Shown here piece by piece: positions 1 to 14,305 of a stretch of DNA of 64,000 bases. The notes beneath the pieces are model-generated. The model did no database searches, was not told the origin of the DNA, and saw only the letters and a list, made by a program, of their open reading frames with translations. The DNA is from Octopus bimaculoides. Taxonomy: Eukaryota. Within the stretch, counting starts at the first letter, position 1. The number at the start of each line of letters is the position of its first letter. The DNA is taken from NCBI RefSeq assembly GCF_001194135.2, contig NC_068985.1:101832098-101896097 (forward strand). Reading direction: 5' to 3'. The translations under genes were made by a program, and so were the position numbers.

Positions 1-1221
1 TATATATATATATATATATATATATTCTGTCGCGCTGCTTCGTTTTTGTTCAAATAGTTGTCGGTATATAGTTATTTCTTTCGAGATCTTTATATAGTGT
101 AGTTTCTATATACATCTTTTTCGAAGGCAATATAAAGGCATTGCGCGTTTGTACCTATCAAACATTGACTCTTAGTTGATGTATATAATTAAAATATCCT
201 GCTGAATGTTTTCTGCTACAACACATTACAAAGGTATGAATAACTAAACATGGCAACTTCTTTAGAAATTCAGAATCAACTGACTTAAGAATGCAACAGT
301 ACTTCTTATTTAGTGTGTCACAGAATAATAAGATATAGATTTGCACTCAGTTGTCCCAACCGACTATATGCATCATTAACGTTATCTTCAAATAGAATGG
401 CTAAATAGATATACTTTTATCAGCTAGACAGTCTGTTTCAAGTTGGATAGACCTTAAAGCATTAATTAGTTTTCCTTAACTGATAATGTATTATCTTATG
501 TCAAAAGAAATATAAGCAGCATTTTATGGATCAGGAGAATTCTTCACAAAAGTAATTGAGAAAAATTATTTGCAATACAGATGATGTATTGTGTTCCCCA
601 CAGGCACACGAGCGCATACACATTATTATGTGCATGCATGTATATATATGTGCGTGTGTGTGTGTGTGTGTGTGCGTGTGTGTGTGCGTGTGTGTTTGTG
701 TGTGCGTGTCTGTGTGTTTTTGTATTGTATATGGATATAGGATATGGAGTAATGCGTGTATATTTTACTACANNNNNNNNNNNNNNNNNNNNNNNNNNNN
801 NNNNNNNNNNNNNNNNNNNNNNNNNNNNNNNNNNNNNNNNNNNNNNNNNNNNNNNNNNNNNNNNNNNNNNNNNNNNNNNNNNNNNNNNNNNNNNNNNNNN
901 NNNNNNNNNNNNNNNNNNNNNNNNNNNNNNNNNNNNNNNNNNNNNNNNNNNNNNNNNNNNNNNNNNNNNNNNNNNNNNNNNNNNNNNNNNNNNNNNNNNN
1001 NNNNNNNNNNNNNNNNNNNNNNNNNNNNNNNNNNNNNNNNNNNNNNNNNNNNNNNNNNNNNNNNNNNNNNNNNNNNNNNNNNNNNNNNNNNNNNNNNNNN
1101 NNNNNNNNNNNNNNNNNNNNNNNNNNNNNNNNNNNNNNNNNNNNNNNNNNNNNNNNNNNNNNNNNNNNNNNNNNNNNNNNNNNNNNNNNNNNNNNNNNNN
1201 NNNNNNNNNNNNNNNNNNNNN

Positions 1222-1272
<51 letters not shown>

Positions 1273-2125
1273 CATATTTATATATACATATATATATACA
1301 TATGGGTGAAATGTGTGTGCCACTTTGTGTGTGTGCGTGCGATCTAAACTACACATACGCACCACACAATATATTCTATATTACTCTACACCCTATATAC
1401 ATATACAAACAGACAGATACACACACACACACACATGCACATTTAAATATGCATTTGTGTGTATAAGAGATTGGCTGAGAAAATATAAATAATACATATG
1501 AAAACATATGAAATATATCAAAGGAAATTGATAAGCATGGAGACACAGCTGTAAACAGAGAAAAATGTTAGGCAAACGCACGATGTCCTAAAATTAAAGA
1601 TGGACAAAGATATTGTAAGAAAGCACTGAAATCACTGCCAATCAAAAGAAAATGAGTAAGTTACTGGATGGTTGAAACCAAAACAACAGCAACAACAACA
1701 AGAGCAACAATAATGATAATAATAATTGGTGAGGTACAAAGGAATGCGAAAGCAATGTATTTTTAACGATAAATTGTTATTCGAACAGAATTAGTAGAAA
1801 GAGAGAAGGATGAACTGTCGCGCTAAAATGAGAACGAATAATGTATATGGGGATTAGGAAAGGAGAGACGTGAATCTACAGTTTGATGCGGTAAATTGCT
1901 ATCGCTGTTTCTGTGAATTGGGACGTATAAAATAATTTATTCCGATAAGGAACAATTTTAACGAATAACTTTATTTCGTGTAGGACTAGAGGCATGTCAG
2001 ATAATAAACCACTACAGGGGCGTATTTTAGTTATCTTACATTAAGAAGTAGACATGGTTACATCTTGTCAAATATAGGTATTATAAAATATGCATATAAA
2101 GCAAGCACATATTTATACAGTAGTG

Positions 2126-2196
<71 letters not shown>

Positions 2197-3946
2197 AATA
2201 CATATCTGTAACTGTGTGCAAATGGGTACACGTGTATTTTTTATGTGAAGTTAATAATAATATTGTTTCATGTACGTTTTCAGACAACGATGTGTATGGG
2301 ATTTACCAGTGAGAGTGCATGCCTGCATGGTTGGAGTGTCAAACACATTTTATATATCGTTTTGTCGGGTGGTTTCTTACTATATATTCACCTATTTTCT
2401 CTATTATTTCGTAGCCTACAAATAAAGTAGCAGATATATTTGAGACGGATCATCTTCATGAAAAGTTCAAGATAACTGATCACATTGTTTAGCATGTTTC
2501 GATTCTTCAAGTCCAGTTCGGATGAAATGCAAATTTGAAGCCACCGATATGTTGACGTTGTGATGGTTAGGCCTCTTTGTAACTCAGAATGCAGACGAAG
2601 AGAAGGAGATAGAGATGCACGTAGAAGAAAGATGATAAGACTAGTATATAGGGTCATGATATGAGTAAAGAAGTATTGGTGCATGTTGGTCGAAAGGAAA
2701 TGTTCATTTCAGGAAATATGTTAATAATATAATAGGGTAACTGACGAGTAAAAAGAGAGGATTACAAAACATTTAGCCGAACAATTTTGATTTTGTAGAG
2801 ATTTACCTACCAAGAACCAGAAATATTTCATATATGCTACAGAGAAGGTTAGGTTATCTCTTGACCATGTCAAATACGTGAATGCGGTAAACGGAGGGAT
2901 ACCTGTATAAATGTGCAATGAATGCTTGAGAAAACTGAAATATTTCAGACGAAATACAAAGAACCTTGTTTTTGTTCCATGGTATTATTTTAACTGTTCC
3001 CTGTTGGGCCTGTAGTGGGAATTATGTTAAACAAGGCTTATATAAAAATCGGTGTTTCTAGGCCCTGTAGATCTGTTGTAAACAAAAATTTCACGGACGA
3101 AACTAGGTGCGTCGCAAAAACCGAGCGGTACTAATTTGGAGCTCGTCAACACAGTGTTCGAGCATTTTATATGCTCATTTTTAATGCTTAATTCTCAGAA
3201 ATCATCAACTTACTTTGCTTCCGTCTCCAAATGAATAGATGTCGTTATCCAAGTTATGAAGAAACCAGCTATTAGTACAGAAGCATGTGTCAACTCCTGA
3301 TACGTTAGTGAAATTCACTTCGAATACAGCACAGTCACCTCTACTGTTTACACTATACACTGAAATAATTTCTTATCTATTATTCCTAAGAGCGATTGTT
3401 CTGTATAATACAAAACGTATGTCATAGAATCATTCTTCTGAAGAATGTACAATATATATGCTTGCAACTATCCGAGAATAAATTGCAAATAATATTCCAC
3501 TATAGATTTAGCAATAAACTGGAGTTTATATATATTCATTGGAAACAGAAAACCAATAACATAAATCCTCTACATAACGGTAACAATATCAGGAATATAC
3601 CCATAAAATATATTACAAGAAATCGATTTACTCGAAAAACTAAAGAACTGCATGCATAAGGACAATAGCACAAACCAAGGAACCTTGTATGCTGACATCA
3701 AAAGTTATCTGTAGGTCTTACACAATAAAGCCAGATAGAGAAAGAAAATGAATATAAAGAAAATAATACAAATATCATACGGCAAAAGCATATCATGATT
3801 ACATGAAATCGTTCGGTAAAGTAACATAGACATATACCCTATTGTTATATCACATCAATACTTCAAATCGTGGTCAATGCAGAGTAAAACTAGTATGCTT
3901 GTTATCATTAAACGATTGTGCATACGCTTTAACGCATACAGTTACA

Positions 3947-4177
3947 TTTCACAGACCAAATAGTCATTTCATAAAAATTGTAGGTCTGCTAAATTGACAG
4001 GGAATATAGAGACGGAAAATATAGTAATAATTATCATGCAAACACAAAGATTCTGGTGTAGGTAGAAGGACGAAGTATAAACACGACTTCTGATTGTAGC
4101 AGCTCTTTACAGGTGTATACAGCAAGATGTTCCCATATTATGTAATCAAAATATATAATCACTGCCCTAACTCTTCG
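3947..4177 (+). repeat. 231-bp block A, identical copy at 5400-5630
   Basis: TTTCACAGACC...CTCTTCG reads identically at both positions. Confidence 0.95.
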
Positions 4178-4367
4178 AAACGCCAGTTTTATAATGGTGG
4201 CAGCTGATGAAGGACATGTTCTCTATGTGGCCTGTGTGTTTTCTGTACCTTGTTTATCATTTTGTCCATGTTTTTTTGCAACGTCATGTACCCAGATATG
4301 CATCTATATATACATGTAGATGAAGGTATGTACATACGTGTACATATATATGCATATATTCATATAT

Positions 4368-4404
<37 letters not shown>

Positions 4405-4447
4405 GTGTGTGCGTGTGTGTGTGTATGTATATGTGAGTGCGCGTGTG

Positions 4448-4586
4448 TGTGTATCTATGTATATATGCACATAACGAAATACCAACGTACATATTGTTAT
4501 TTAATAAACGTGTATGATTTTACGCGTGCATTTTTACAGACTAATTCGAGTGTTTGCTTTCCTTGTCTTTTTGCCGTTTACATTTG
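4448..4586 (+). repeat. 139-bp block B, identical copy at 5631-5769 directly after the copy of block A
   Basis: TGTGTATCTATG...TTACATTTG reads identically at both positions. Confidence 0.95.
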
Positions 4587-6279
4587 CGAGAATTAACTTA
4601 TCGAATGTTAAAGACACATTTTGCTATTTTTCTTCCTCATTCCTTCTTATTTTCTCACTAAATTGCACGACAGTTACTTTTCATATATTCGTATTATATT
4701 ATTCAATAAAACTGCTGCATATGGAAGTGTCATTTTCTGTGTAAGTTGCTTTTACAGTGTTCTATTAGCATACAGTTTCTTAATAGAATGATGGACTCTA
4801 AGCAATAAAATGATTATATTGATATAACGATATATATAAAGTGTTAATTAAGTAAATATGATTATTGTGAAAAAGTGAAACAATGATATGGAAGCATAGT
4901 AAGCAAAATAGAAATTGTTTAAAAACAATATATATCTCCATATTTGAAAGCTGTCAATGAATATCATGGTAGCAATAGACTTATTACTTTAAAATAATGT
5001 AGGATCCCCAACCGCGTTACTACGAAAAGATTGTTCGATAACAGACTCTGAGACTCCGTTATGGTGCTTTGCTCACCGAGTGAGTTAAATAAAAGAATCT
5101 ACAGTCTATTTCTCACTCCCTCATCCTATATTTCCCTCTTTCTCTATCTATCTATTTATTTATCTATCTATGTATCTCCGTATATATAATTATACACACA
5201 AGCACACACACAAACACATATATGTTTGAGTATGTATGAATATATTTATACGTATGAGTATATATAAGTTATGTATGTGTGTATGCATATATATATATAT
5301 GTGTGTGTACATACTTATATATTCATAGTTATATACATTTATATACACACACAAATATGTATGTTTGTGTCTGCCTGTCCGTCTGTGGTGTGTGTATAGT
5401 TTCACAGACCAAATAGTCATTTCATAAAAATTGTAGGTCTGCTAAATTGACAGGGAATATAGAGACGGAAAATATAGTAATAATTATCATGCAAACACAA
5501 AGATTCTGGTGTAGGTAGAAGGACGAAGTATAAACACGACTTCTGATTGTAGCAGCTCTTTACAGGTGTATACAGCAAGATGTTCCCATATTATGTAATC
5601 AAAATATATAATCACTGCCCTAACTCTTCGTGTGTATCTATGTATATATGCACATAACGAAATACCAACGTACATATTGTTATTTAATAAACGTGTATGA
5701 TTTTACGCGTGCATTTTTACAGACTAATTCGAGTGTTTGCTTTCCTTGTCTTTTTGCCGTTTACATTTGTCTTGTTAGGGAAAGATATACAAAAAAATGT
5801 GCTCTATCCAGTGGGAGACGCATATAATTTGACAAATACAGTATACAGTTAGGAGCTAGTGATAGTTTCTTGCTGCGGAAACACGTATCTATGCAGGCTT
5901 TCATAACTCATCTTCTGACTCCTTGCAATATTTGGGCCCTGAGCAAACAGTCGAGAATCAGAACGCCGAGAAAAGAGAAGAAATGGAAAGAAAATTAGAA
6001 TTACATCTGCTTTACATCTCCTGTAACAGACAAATTAAAGTACTTGTTACAGAATAATTCAATGCATACAGGTCCAATGTTTGCGAGCCAACTGCTCAAT
6101 CGGAAGACGGTGGCGCCCTCCAGTTCAGCCAAGAGAAATTTACAAATACAGATACAGTTTATGCCAAAGTGATTTCAAAGGTCGTTATACAAACCAGCAC
6201 TCTTCTCTCTGAGAAATCGACAAAAGTAAAACCTACTAAGTTGGTTCTTTCAGACCAACTCCATCGCACTTACAATCAA

Positions 6280-7265
6280 AGTTGGGAGGTGGAGTTAGGG
6301 AAGAAACTGTAGACAAGGTGGTCATGCAGGTTGTAGGCTCGTTTGAAGGAGGGAAGGTGTAAACTAGGGAAGATGTGCGAGGTGGAGGGAACGAATTGAA
6401 CTCGCCGGGAGGCTCGGATAACGGTGCGTTGTAAGAGCAGGGTGGTGGGGTGGTAGGTGAGGCGAAGTGGATGACCGGTAACGGCGGGGCAGGTACTGGG
6501 AGAGAGAACAGAGGCACGATCAACGGAAATGCTCTGGCAAGGGCTGTGTGGATAGTGGCGAGGGGATATCAACGAAGGATGAAGTGGCGAGCCATGAGTT
6601 GAGTCTGTGACTCAAAGTCATGGTTTTCACTGCAGAGCCTGCACAGACGGAAGATTTGGAAGTGGGGGATGGAGAGCTTGGTGTGGATAAGGTGGAAGGC
6701 GGAGAAGTTAAGTTATGCGTGTGAGTCGGTGTGTTTGTAGTGGATGGATGTAGTAAGAGCGGAGTAGTGTCTGGTTACCGAAATGTCGAGAAATGTGGGG
6801 AAAATGTTGGGAATAGTGCAGGAGAATTCGAGGGCAGGAAGGAAGTATTGGACAAAAGAGACGAAGGTGTCTAGTTTGGGAGAATGAGATCTAACCGATA
6901 CAGTCAGCAATATAATGACCGTTTAGTACGGGAGTGGGCCCAGTAAACCGTGAGAATATTTGTGCCTCAACGTATCCAACGAATAGGTTCACATATTTGG
7001 GAACATTCTCGTTCTCATCGCCACTCTCCGGGACTGTTGGTAAAAATACCCCGCGAACGAGAAGTCGTTGAGGGAGAGAACATGTTCGGCCAGGTGAAGA
7101 AATGTGGAGGTGTCAGGTTGGAAGTTGGGTCGGAGGTTTAGAAAGTGTTTGAATGCCAGAAGTCCTTCGTTGTGTGGAATCACTGTATGTAGACTCGTAA
7201 TATCAAGAGTGAGCAGACATTTAGTGGGGCAGGAGGGAAGGGGAAAGAGTTGAAGAGACAGAGAG
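6280..7265 (-). mobile_element. Penelope-like retroelement, decayed reverse transcriptase plus linker; GIY-YIG domain absent
   Basis: Minus-strand motifs in order across frameshifts: LDITSLHTVIPHNEG, VAMRTRM, YVNLFVGYVE, YIAD (YIDD site), FLDISV...TSIHYKHTDSH, RLCRLCS, PLRLTYHP, FKRAYNLHDHLV. These match the PLE RT motif order. Confidence 0.85.
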
Positions 7266-7285
7266 TATGGTTAATGTCGTAAATG

Positions 7286-7317
<32 letters not shown>

Positions 7318-10300
7318 TATATATATANNNNNNNNNNNNNNNNNNNNNNNNNNNNNNNNNNNNNNNNNNNNNNNNNNNNNNNNNNNNNNNNNNNNNNNNN
7401 NNNNNNNNNNNNNNNNNNNNNNNNNNNNNNNNNNNNNNNNNNNNNNNNNNNNNNNNNNNNNNNNNNNNNNNNNNNNNNNNNATATATATGATCTTCAGTG
7501 ACGTTTGACTGTTTCGCCCAAAATAAAATATCACTATTCCGTAATATAGAAGCAAGTAGATCTTTTTTCCTACAGTTAGTACTGAATTGACTTATCAGTC
7601 TCAGTCCTCTATTCCTTTTCTCATTCCGCTGATGGAGGACAGATATCCGAAAAGTTACAATTCTTTCTCTTCGTACGATTTGCTAAAATACTATTTCTGC
7701 AGCCATTGTTTTCCCATGTTTTCTTGCTTTCATTATTGTTTGTATTGTTCCTTGATTATTATACATATGTGTATTACTAACGATAAAGTTAAATATATTT
7801 ATTTTAGATGCTGTTTTGTTTCGAGTCACTTAGGTATAACTTGAAAAGAGATTGTTCAGTGAGGAACAGAGACAGTGCAATACTCTTCGGAGGTTAATTA
7901 TATATATATATAAAGCTACAGTTGCCTATTACTCATAAACCTACGTTCGCATACTTACGCACTTACAAATACGTAGGTATCTATGTATATAAGCAAGTTT
8001 TATACAGATTACATCGATTTAGTTTCTTTAAAATACACAATGCCATGAATGCAAACGCATCCAGAAAGTGTCCAATTAATTAGTCTTCTTCATGTTTATA
8101 AGCGTTATGTGTACCACAACGTACACCTGATTCTTATCGATCGATAATGTGAAGGGACTTTACTCGCATGTGAACAATCATTTTATCTTACAGGAAATTT
8201 TCTCATGCAAACACCTGAATTAGAGAAAATGGATTATGGAATACGATTGTTAAGAAATATTAATATTTTCCATAGCGATAATTCCCAAATCCTCTTCATC
8301 CCGATTTGCTAATTTCCAACTGAAAATGTCATGGATGTAAACGTCACAATATTTCAGTTATCTTCCATTATATATCCGACAGCGCATCATTCTTCCTTCT
8401 ACCGATAAATATGCCTGCATCTAATTTCAAATTTAGAAAGAAAAAAAAGGGAAATGCAGGTAAATCATTTTAACATTTATCGCAATTCGATATATATTTC
8501 CGTATTCAATTTTATAATGGCCTTAGTATAAGTGGGGCCTCTATAAATTACTATAATCCTTCATCCATACAAGAATGAAATTAGATTGTAGGGCCTGGAG
8601 ATATTGTAAAGCCCTTGACAGTTCATTCATTAACGGCTGTATTTCTGCCGTGTTGTTTCTAAGCTAGAATTCAAAAAGAAAAATTAAAAACAATTTAAAC
8701 GTCACGAATCTTGTTTAAATATAATACATAGCTGAAAAAAAAAATCCTGACAGAGAGCTTTCTAATACTTTGTCAGCAACAAGGAAATATGCGTAACGCT
8801 CCAAATAAATAAGTGCATTATATGATATGAACAAGTTAATGAAACATTATCAGTATCATGTCAAACTACAAATATCAGTTCATCTAAAAGGATGTCCATA
8901 GTCAAACTTAAACATATTAAGATATGTTGGTTTCGTGCGAAGAACAAGAAAAAATTTAGCTACGTAACATAGTCCAAAATGTTGGTCAAGGAAAGTAAAT
9001 ATCTTTATGAGATATTGTGATTTAGCTGAAGAGAGCACGTTCGGTTCATATGACACCATTTTCAATTTTTAATATTTCACGAGTCATCTATGTTACATGG
9101 GAAGTGATACATATGGGTCCCCCATTCGCTAATTAAATCCACTCCTAGAAAGATAATATTTCCATTATTTTACATTAGAGATAGTGAAACTAGAATGGTA
9201 TTTTATGTTAGTTGTGGCATATCGATTATCTTGCTACTGTACAACAAAACAACACCGTATACTCGATATTTGTAATTTGAGTGGTGTCTGTGACGTAATA
9301 CCCAAACATCAGGCTTATTTTGGAATAAATTATTAAATAGTAACTACGCATGTTTCTAAGTGAATTTGAAATTTATTTCCTGGTTTCATTGTTGTAATCC
9401 TGGATGCAGAATAAAGGAACATATTCAAATATTTACTACGAGAAATAATTCACGAAATTATTCAGTCAGCGTTTTAACATAAGCCAAACACATTCCAGGC
9501 TTTATCGCAACAAACACACATTAATACCAACGTTAATACTAGTGATTGTTTATTTTCGTTTATCTTATTTTTACTTTGTATTATTCAAGTTTTGCTGTCC
9601 TTCTGGAGGAACTAGATACAAGAACTAACAACCATTTTACTCATTCCTACTGGCAGTAAATTGATAATGCAGTTTCTATTGTTTTTATATTGTTTCTGAG
9701 AGGAAATTGCTTCGAATTTCAGTAGAGAGATAATGAATTATTTCTTGTTTTGTTTTGTATGACTTTGAAAAGATACCAATAAAGAAAGCATGTTATGCGA
9801 ATACGGGGTCCAGCGTAGGTCATATATCAGCATGTGTATATCAGGATTTACTTTTCGTAATGAGATAAAAAAAAAAAAACAAGGCTGTGTATATTTTTAT
9901 TACCATCAAGCCGCTTCGGTGTACAGAATACTCTGTATAACATCACGGTTCCTGAAGCATCACAGTCTCCTCATCTCTTAAGGGTTACAGTTGGATATGC
10001 TGTAGACTGAGCGATATAAGGTACTGTATGTATATTCTACTGATGATTAGAGAGTATTGTTCGACATAATATGTTTAACCTTGCGTCAACAGAAATTACG
10101 AGGCGTGAAAAAGAAAGCGAGAATGTGAAACAAACGATGACTAGACTGAATAGAGAAAAGAGATCATATGATGGTGAAGGGAGCACATGTGGAGTAAATG
10201 AAATGAAACTGTCATTTTTGCTCCTAGATATTATTGTGAGTTTTCATTGTCAACGATACAAAAGAACGGAAACAAAGTGGTAAAAATATAACATGTGCAA

Positions 10301-13096
10301 TGATACACATCGTTAACATGTTAGAGAGTGAGGTAGTAAGATAATGAAAATAGAGTTAAATTGAAGAAACTGAAGTGAAAATAGTAATGAAAATGCTTAG
10401 TATGATAATTGGACAATAACTAAATGAGTTTCGAATATCAAGTACGGAAAAACAAAAATAAAATTGCAACTATGTCACGACAGTAGTTGATTAAGTTATT
10501 GGAGTGTACAAGTCCTAGCGTTCTTCGTTCACACCGGTCCATTTCGATGCGCATTTTAAATCTTTAATGCAGCGTAATATATAGTAGCTTTTTGGATGAA
10601 GTGTTCGTTTTCAAGAAAGTTTACGTCATCAGGAATTTTTGCACAAACATAATGCCACCAGTGCAGAAATTTGCAGTTCGTGTATTGCTGATTTGTGGAA
10701 GATACAATCTATAGAATACAGCACGATGCAATGGAATAAAATGCCAGTGACAGATACGAAGATGCTGCAGTACAAATCTAAATACCAAATGCATAATTTA
10801 AAATGATAATTACAATGATCAACGTATTAAAGTATGAAAACATTAAATATATATATATATCATCAGCACGAATTATTTTGTGTCTCTAAAATAAATAAAC
10901 AATTTTGATTGGTATTATACACAACGTAAAGAGAAAATTACAGCACTTAAATTCCAAGTGCAACATTTGAAGACAGGGAAACCTCGGCAATCGCAGTCAT
11001 GCACTTCGGTGCAAAGTAAAGTTTCCAACGGTTTGATTGGAGATAGATCGTTATTTTAAATGTTTACTTTATGAATTACAAGCAATGCTGATGTCAAGTT
11101 CGCTTAGCTTATGACCATCGTATTTATTCATTGAATTGTCACGACCAATCTAAGTAACTGATCAGGCAAAGGATGCGTAAAGATCTGTTGTGAACAGAAT
11201 AATGGAGCTGGTAGGAGGCTTAAGCTTTCAATTATTTTGTGTATCCAGATTGAGGGGAGATAAGAATGAGGATGAAAATGTGCCTATTCAGGTGTTTTCA
11301 TTCCTGCCAAAAAAGAGATGAAAGGGAACATGCAAGAATGAAGATGGCTTGTATTAAGAATTTCTTCGAGGACAACAATTATCTAGTTTGCAGCTGGATT
11401 TTCTGTCCCGGTTGAATTACACCGGCAAACTGAATGTCTATGGTCTTGTGTTAACGGAAGTTTCTTTTTATTCCTTCTTTATTGAAAAACACTTTAATCA
11501 ATATGCCACTTCTAGACAAAAGTTCGCGAATTTGAATCCGTCAAAAGTTCTGTTATACACATGTATCTTGAAGTTCACCGGTAACATTCGCATTAAAATA
11601 CTGGATAAAAGACTTAAATAAAACAGGATGAGATGCAACAAGAGAAAATAATAATGACTGATGAAGAGAAATACGGTAAATATACTGAAAGTAAAAGAAC
11701 TTCATAAATGAGATGATATTAAAACAAATAATCAAAATATTAATATGGTAGGTGTTACTAACATTACGGAAAGTATTATTAAATCTGAGCTTCAAGAGAT
11801 TTAGAGCTATTAAAATCTGATACTAGGCTGGTAGTGCAATCATTAAGTGTAAGAAAACAATTTGTCCCTAACTCCCTCTTGCATGATCTCTGTCAAGTCT
11901 CTGAGAAGACCCCTTGCTATGAACAATGTAACTTGCAACACCATAGTTTATTCACCTCATCAGCAAAATGGACCAAGTCTTGTATTTGAGCATGAATACA
12001 AACAAATTACATCTTCATGCCGGAATTGGAATAATTCCATAGAGTACTCAATCACACCAACACACCCATTGTCTTTCAACACGCTGCCAAGGATTTTGTG
12101 CAACCAACAGCGTCATTGTGATCGCAAGGAATATATAATTTACGCTGAAAATGTACTTTTAACTTTGCGTATAGCAATTTTCATTTCGTTTTCTTTTTAT
12201 ATTTTATGTGAGGGCACTCTGAAATTATGTTTTCTGGAATTACGAAATTATATTTATTGGCATCTTAATTTATATTCTAACCTTTGAGAATTGCCAGTAT
12301 TTTGATTTAGTTTTTTATTCGCCATTTGTTTCTAGCTTATGATATCCAGGGTTACACAAAATAAATTACATTGCTATAACTGGTATTATATTTTATTACA
12401 TTGTATTTAATTGCATTAGAGAATTGTAATATTTCATCTCTGAATTTATTGCGTCTGTCAATGAAGTGCACTTTAAAATTACTTGAAAACAAAGATTGCA
12501 TGCTCTATATTTGAGTAAAAAACAGGCATGTGCCCAAGCAGTAAATATTTTAATAATAAACACAAGTATTTGCTAACTTGCACCCAAATAGTGTAGCTCT
12601 AGAGGTGTGTTTATTCTGCTTCTACGATAATATTTGATTTTATCATCATATTCAATGTACGAATTTGATTTTGGCAAGGTTCTCACAATCGGTTTAAACA
12701 TTACCACCTGTATTTTCAGTGCTAACTCTTTTTAATATTGTTTTTTCCAACGTATTGATGACTTTATCCCACCGATTAGTTTAGCGTCTATCTAAGCAAA
12801 TTGGCTACGTTCCGAATCAGTTGGAAATTCCCAGAATTATAAAGGCAATGTCAAGCGAGATAAACTTTTATTGTCTTTTATTTCCATTATTAGTTTCTAC
12901 TGATTAAAATTGTTTATGAATTGTTTCTCTTTTAATGAATCCAATACACCTTTATTATTGTCTTTTGTGAACCGAATTGATGTACACAGCAAGGACAGAA
13001 TACCGCCAAAAAGATAAGGTGCAATAAATTGTGTAATCTTGAAATCATAGAATATTATTTATCTCTTTCGTAACATCAGGGGCATGTGTGTGTGTG

Positions 13097-13143
<47 letters not shown>

Positions 13144-14174
13144 ATATATATATANNNNNNNNNNNNNNNNNNNNNNNNNNNNNNNNNNNNNNNNNNNNNN
13201 NNNNNNNNNNNNNNNNNNNNNNNNNNNNNNNNNNNNNNNNNNNNNNNNNNNNNNNNNNNNNNNNNNNNNNNNNNNNNNNNNNNNNNNNNNNNNNNNNNNN
13301 NNNNNNNNNNNNNNNNNNNNNNNNNNNNNNNNNNNNNNNNNNNNNNNNNNNNNNNNNNNNNNNNNNNNNNNNNNNNNNNNNNNNNNNNNNNNNNNNNNNN
13401 NNNNNNNNNNNNNNNNNNNNNNNNNNNNNNNNNNNNNNNNNNNNNNNNNNNNNNNNNNNNNNNNNNNNNNNNNNNNNNNNNNNNNNNNNNNNNNNNNNNN
13501 NNNNNNNNNNNNNNNNNNNNNNNNNNNNNNNNNNNNNNNNNNNNNNNNNNNNNNNNNNNNNNNNNNNNNNNNNNNNNNNNNNNNNNNNNNNNNNNNNNNN
13601 NNNNNNNNNNNNNNNNNNNNNNNNNNNNNNNNNNNNNNNNNNNNNNNNNNNNNNNNNNNNNNNNNNNNNNNNNNNNNNNNNNNNNNNNNNNNNNNNNNNN
13701 NNNNNNNNNNNNNNNNNNNNNNNNNNNNNNNNNNNNNNNNNNNNNNNNNNNNNNNNNNNNNNNNNNNNNNNNNNNNNNNNNNNNNNNNNNNNNNNNNNNN
13801 NNNNNNNNNNNNNNNNNNNNNNNNNNNNNNNNNNNNGAGAGAGAGAGAGAGGGGGAGAGAGAGAGAGAGAAAGCGATAAATTGATAGATAGAGACAGAGA
13901 TAGATAGAGACAGAGATAGATAGAGACATAGATAGATAAATAGATAGACGTAGATATGCATGTGTGTGCGTGTGTATGTATGTAAGTATGTGTGATCGAA
14001 AAATCTGAAAAAATAACCAATAATAACGGGGTCAAGGAACAGGAAACAGCGAATATTACTTTCCTACGCAGGTAAAAAACGTCTGCTTAACGCTTCGAGC
14101 ATGTGCTCTTCGACAGAAAAATAGATGGGAATAGAAGAAAAGAGTAATGAAAAACCGTTGAAATACCGGCAATA

Positions 14175-14305
14175 AGAAATATGTATGCATGTATGTATGT
14201 ATGTATGTATGTAGGTAGGTAGGTAGGTAGGTAGGTAAGTAGGTAGGTAGGTAGGTAGGTAGGTAGTTAGGTAGGTAGGTAGGTAGGTAGGTAGGTAGGC
14301 AGGCA
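14175..14305 (+). repeat. (TATG)n-(GTAG)n compound microsatellite
   Basis: Tandem units seen directly. Confidence 0.95.

Noticed and set aside
4174-4215. GAAA...CTGATGA arrangement resembling a type II hammerhead
   Set aside because: No UH triplet after helix III and no room for helix I.
5866-6312. 149-codon plus-strand frame with a single internal stop
   Set aside because: No recognisable motif; a rough estimate gives several such frames by chance in 64 kb over six frames, and its end overlaps the antisense PLE.
7490-7520. Minus-strand GAAACAGUC and CUGAAGA near each other
   Set aside because: Wrong order for type I and no helix I or II pairing for type II.
8208-8460. Segment bounded by a good acceptor (TTATCTTACAG) and donor (CAG|GTAAAT)
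   Set aside because: All three frames contain stops; not a supportable coding exon.
9903-10283. Cadherin-like fragments in one frame (YNITVPE, YAVD, LNRE)
   Set aside because: Four stops, no DxD or DxND motif, and spacing before LNRE is too long; a frameshift-aware PF00028 search would be needed to revive it.
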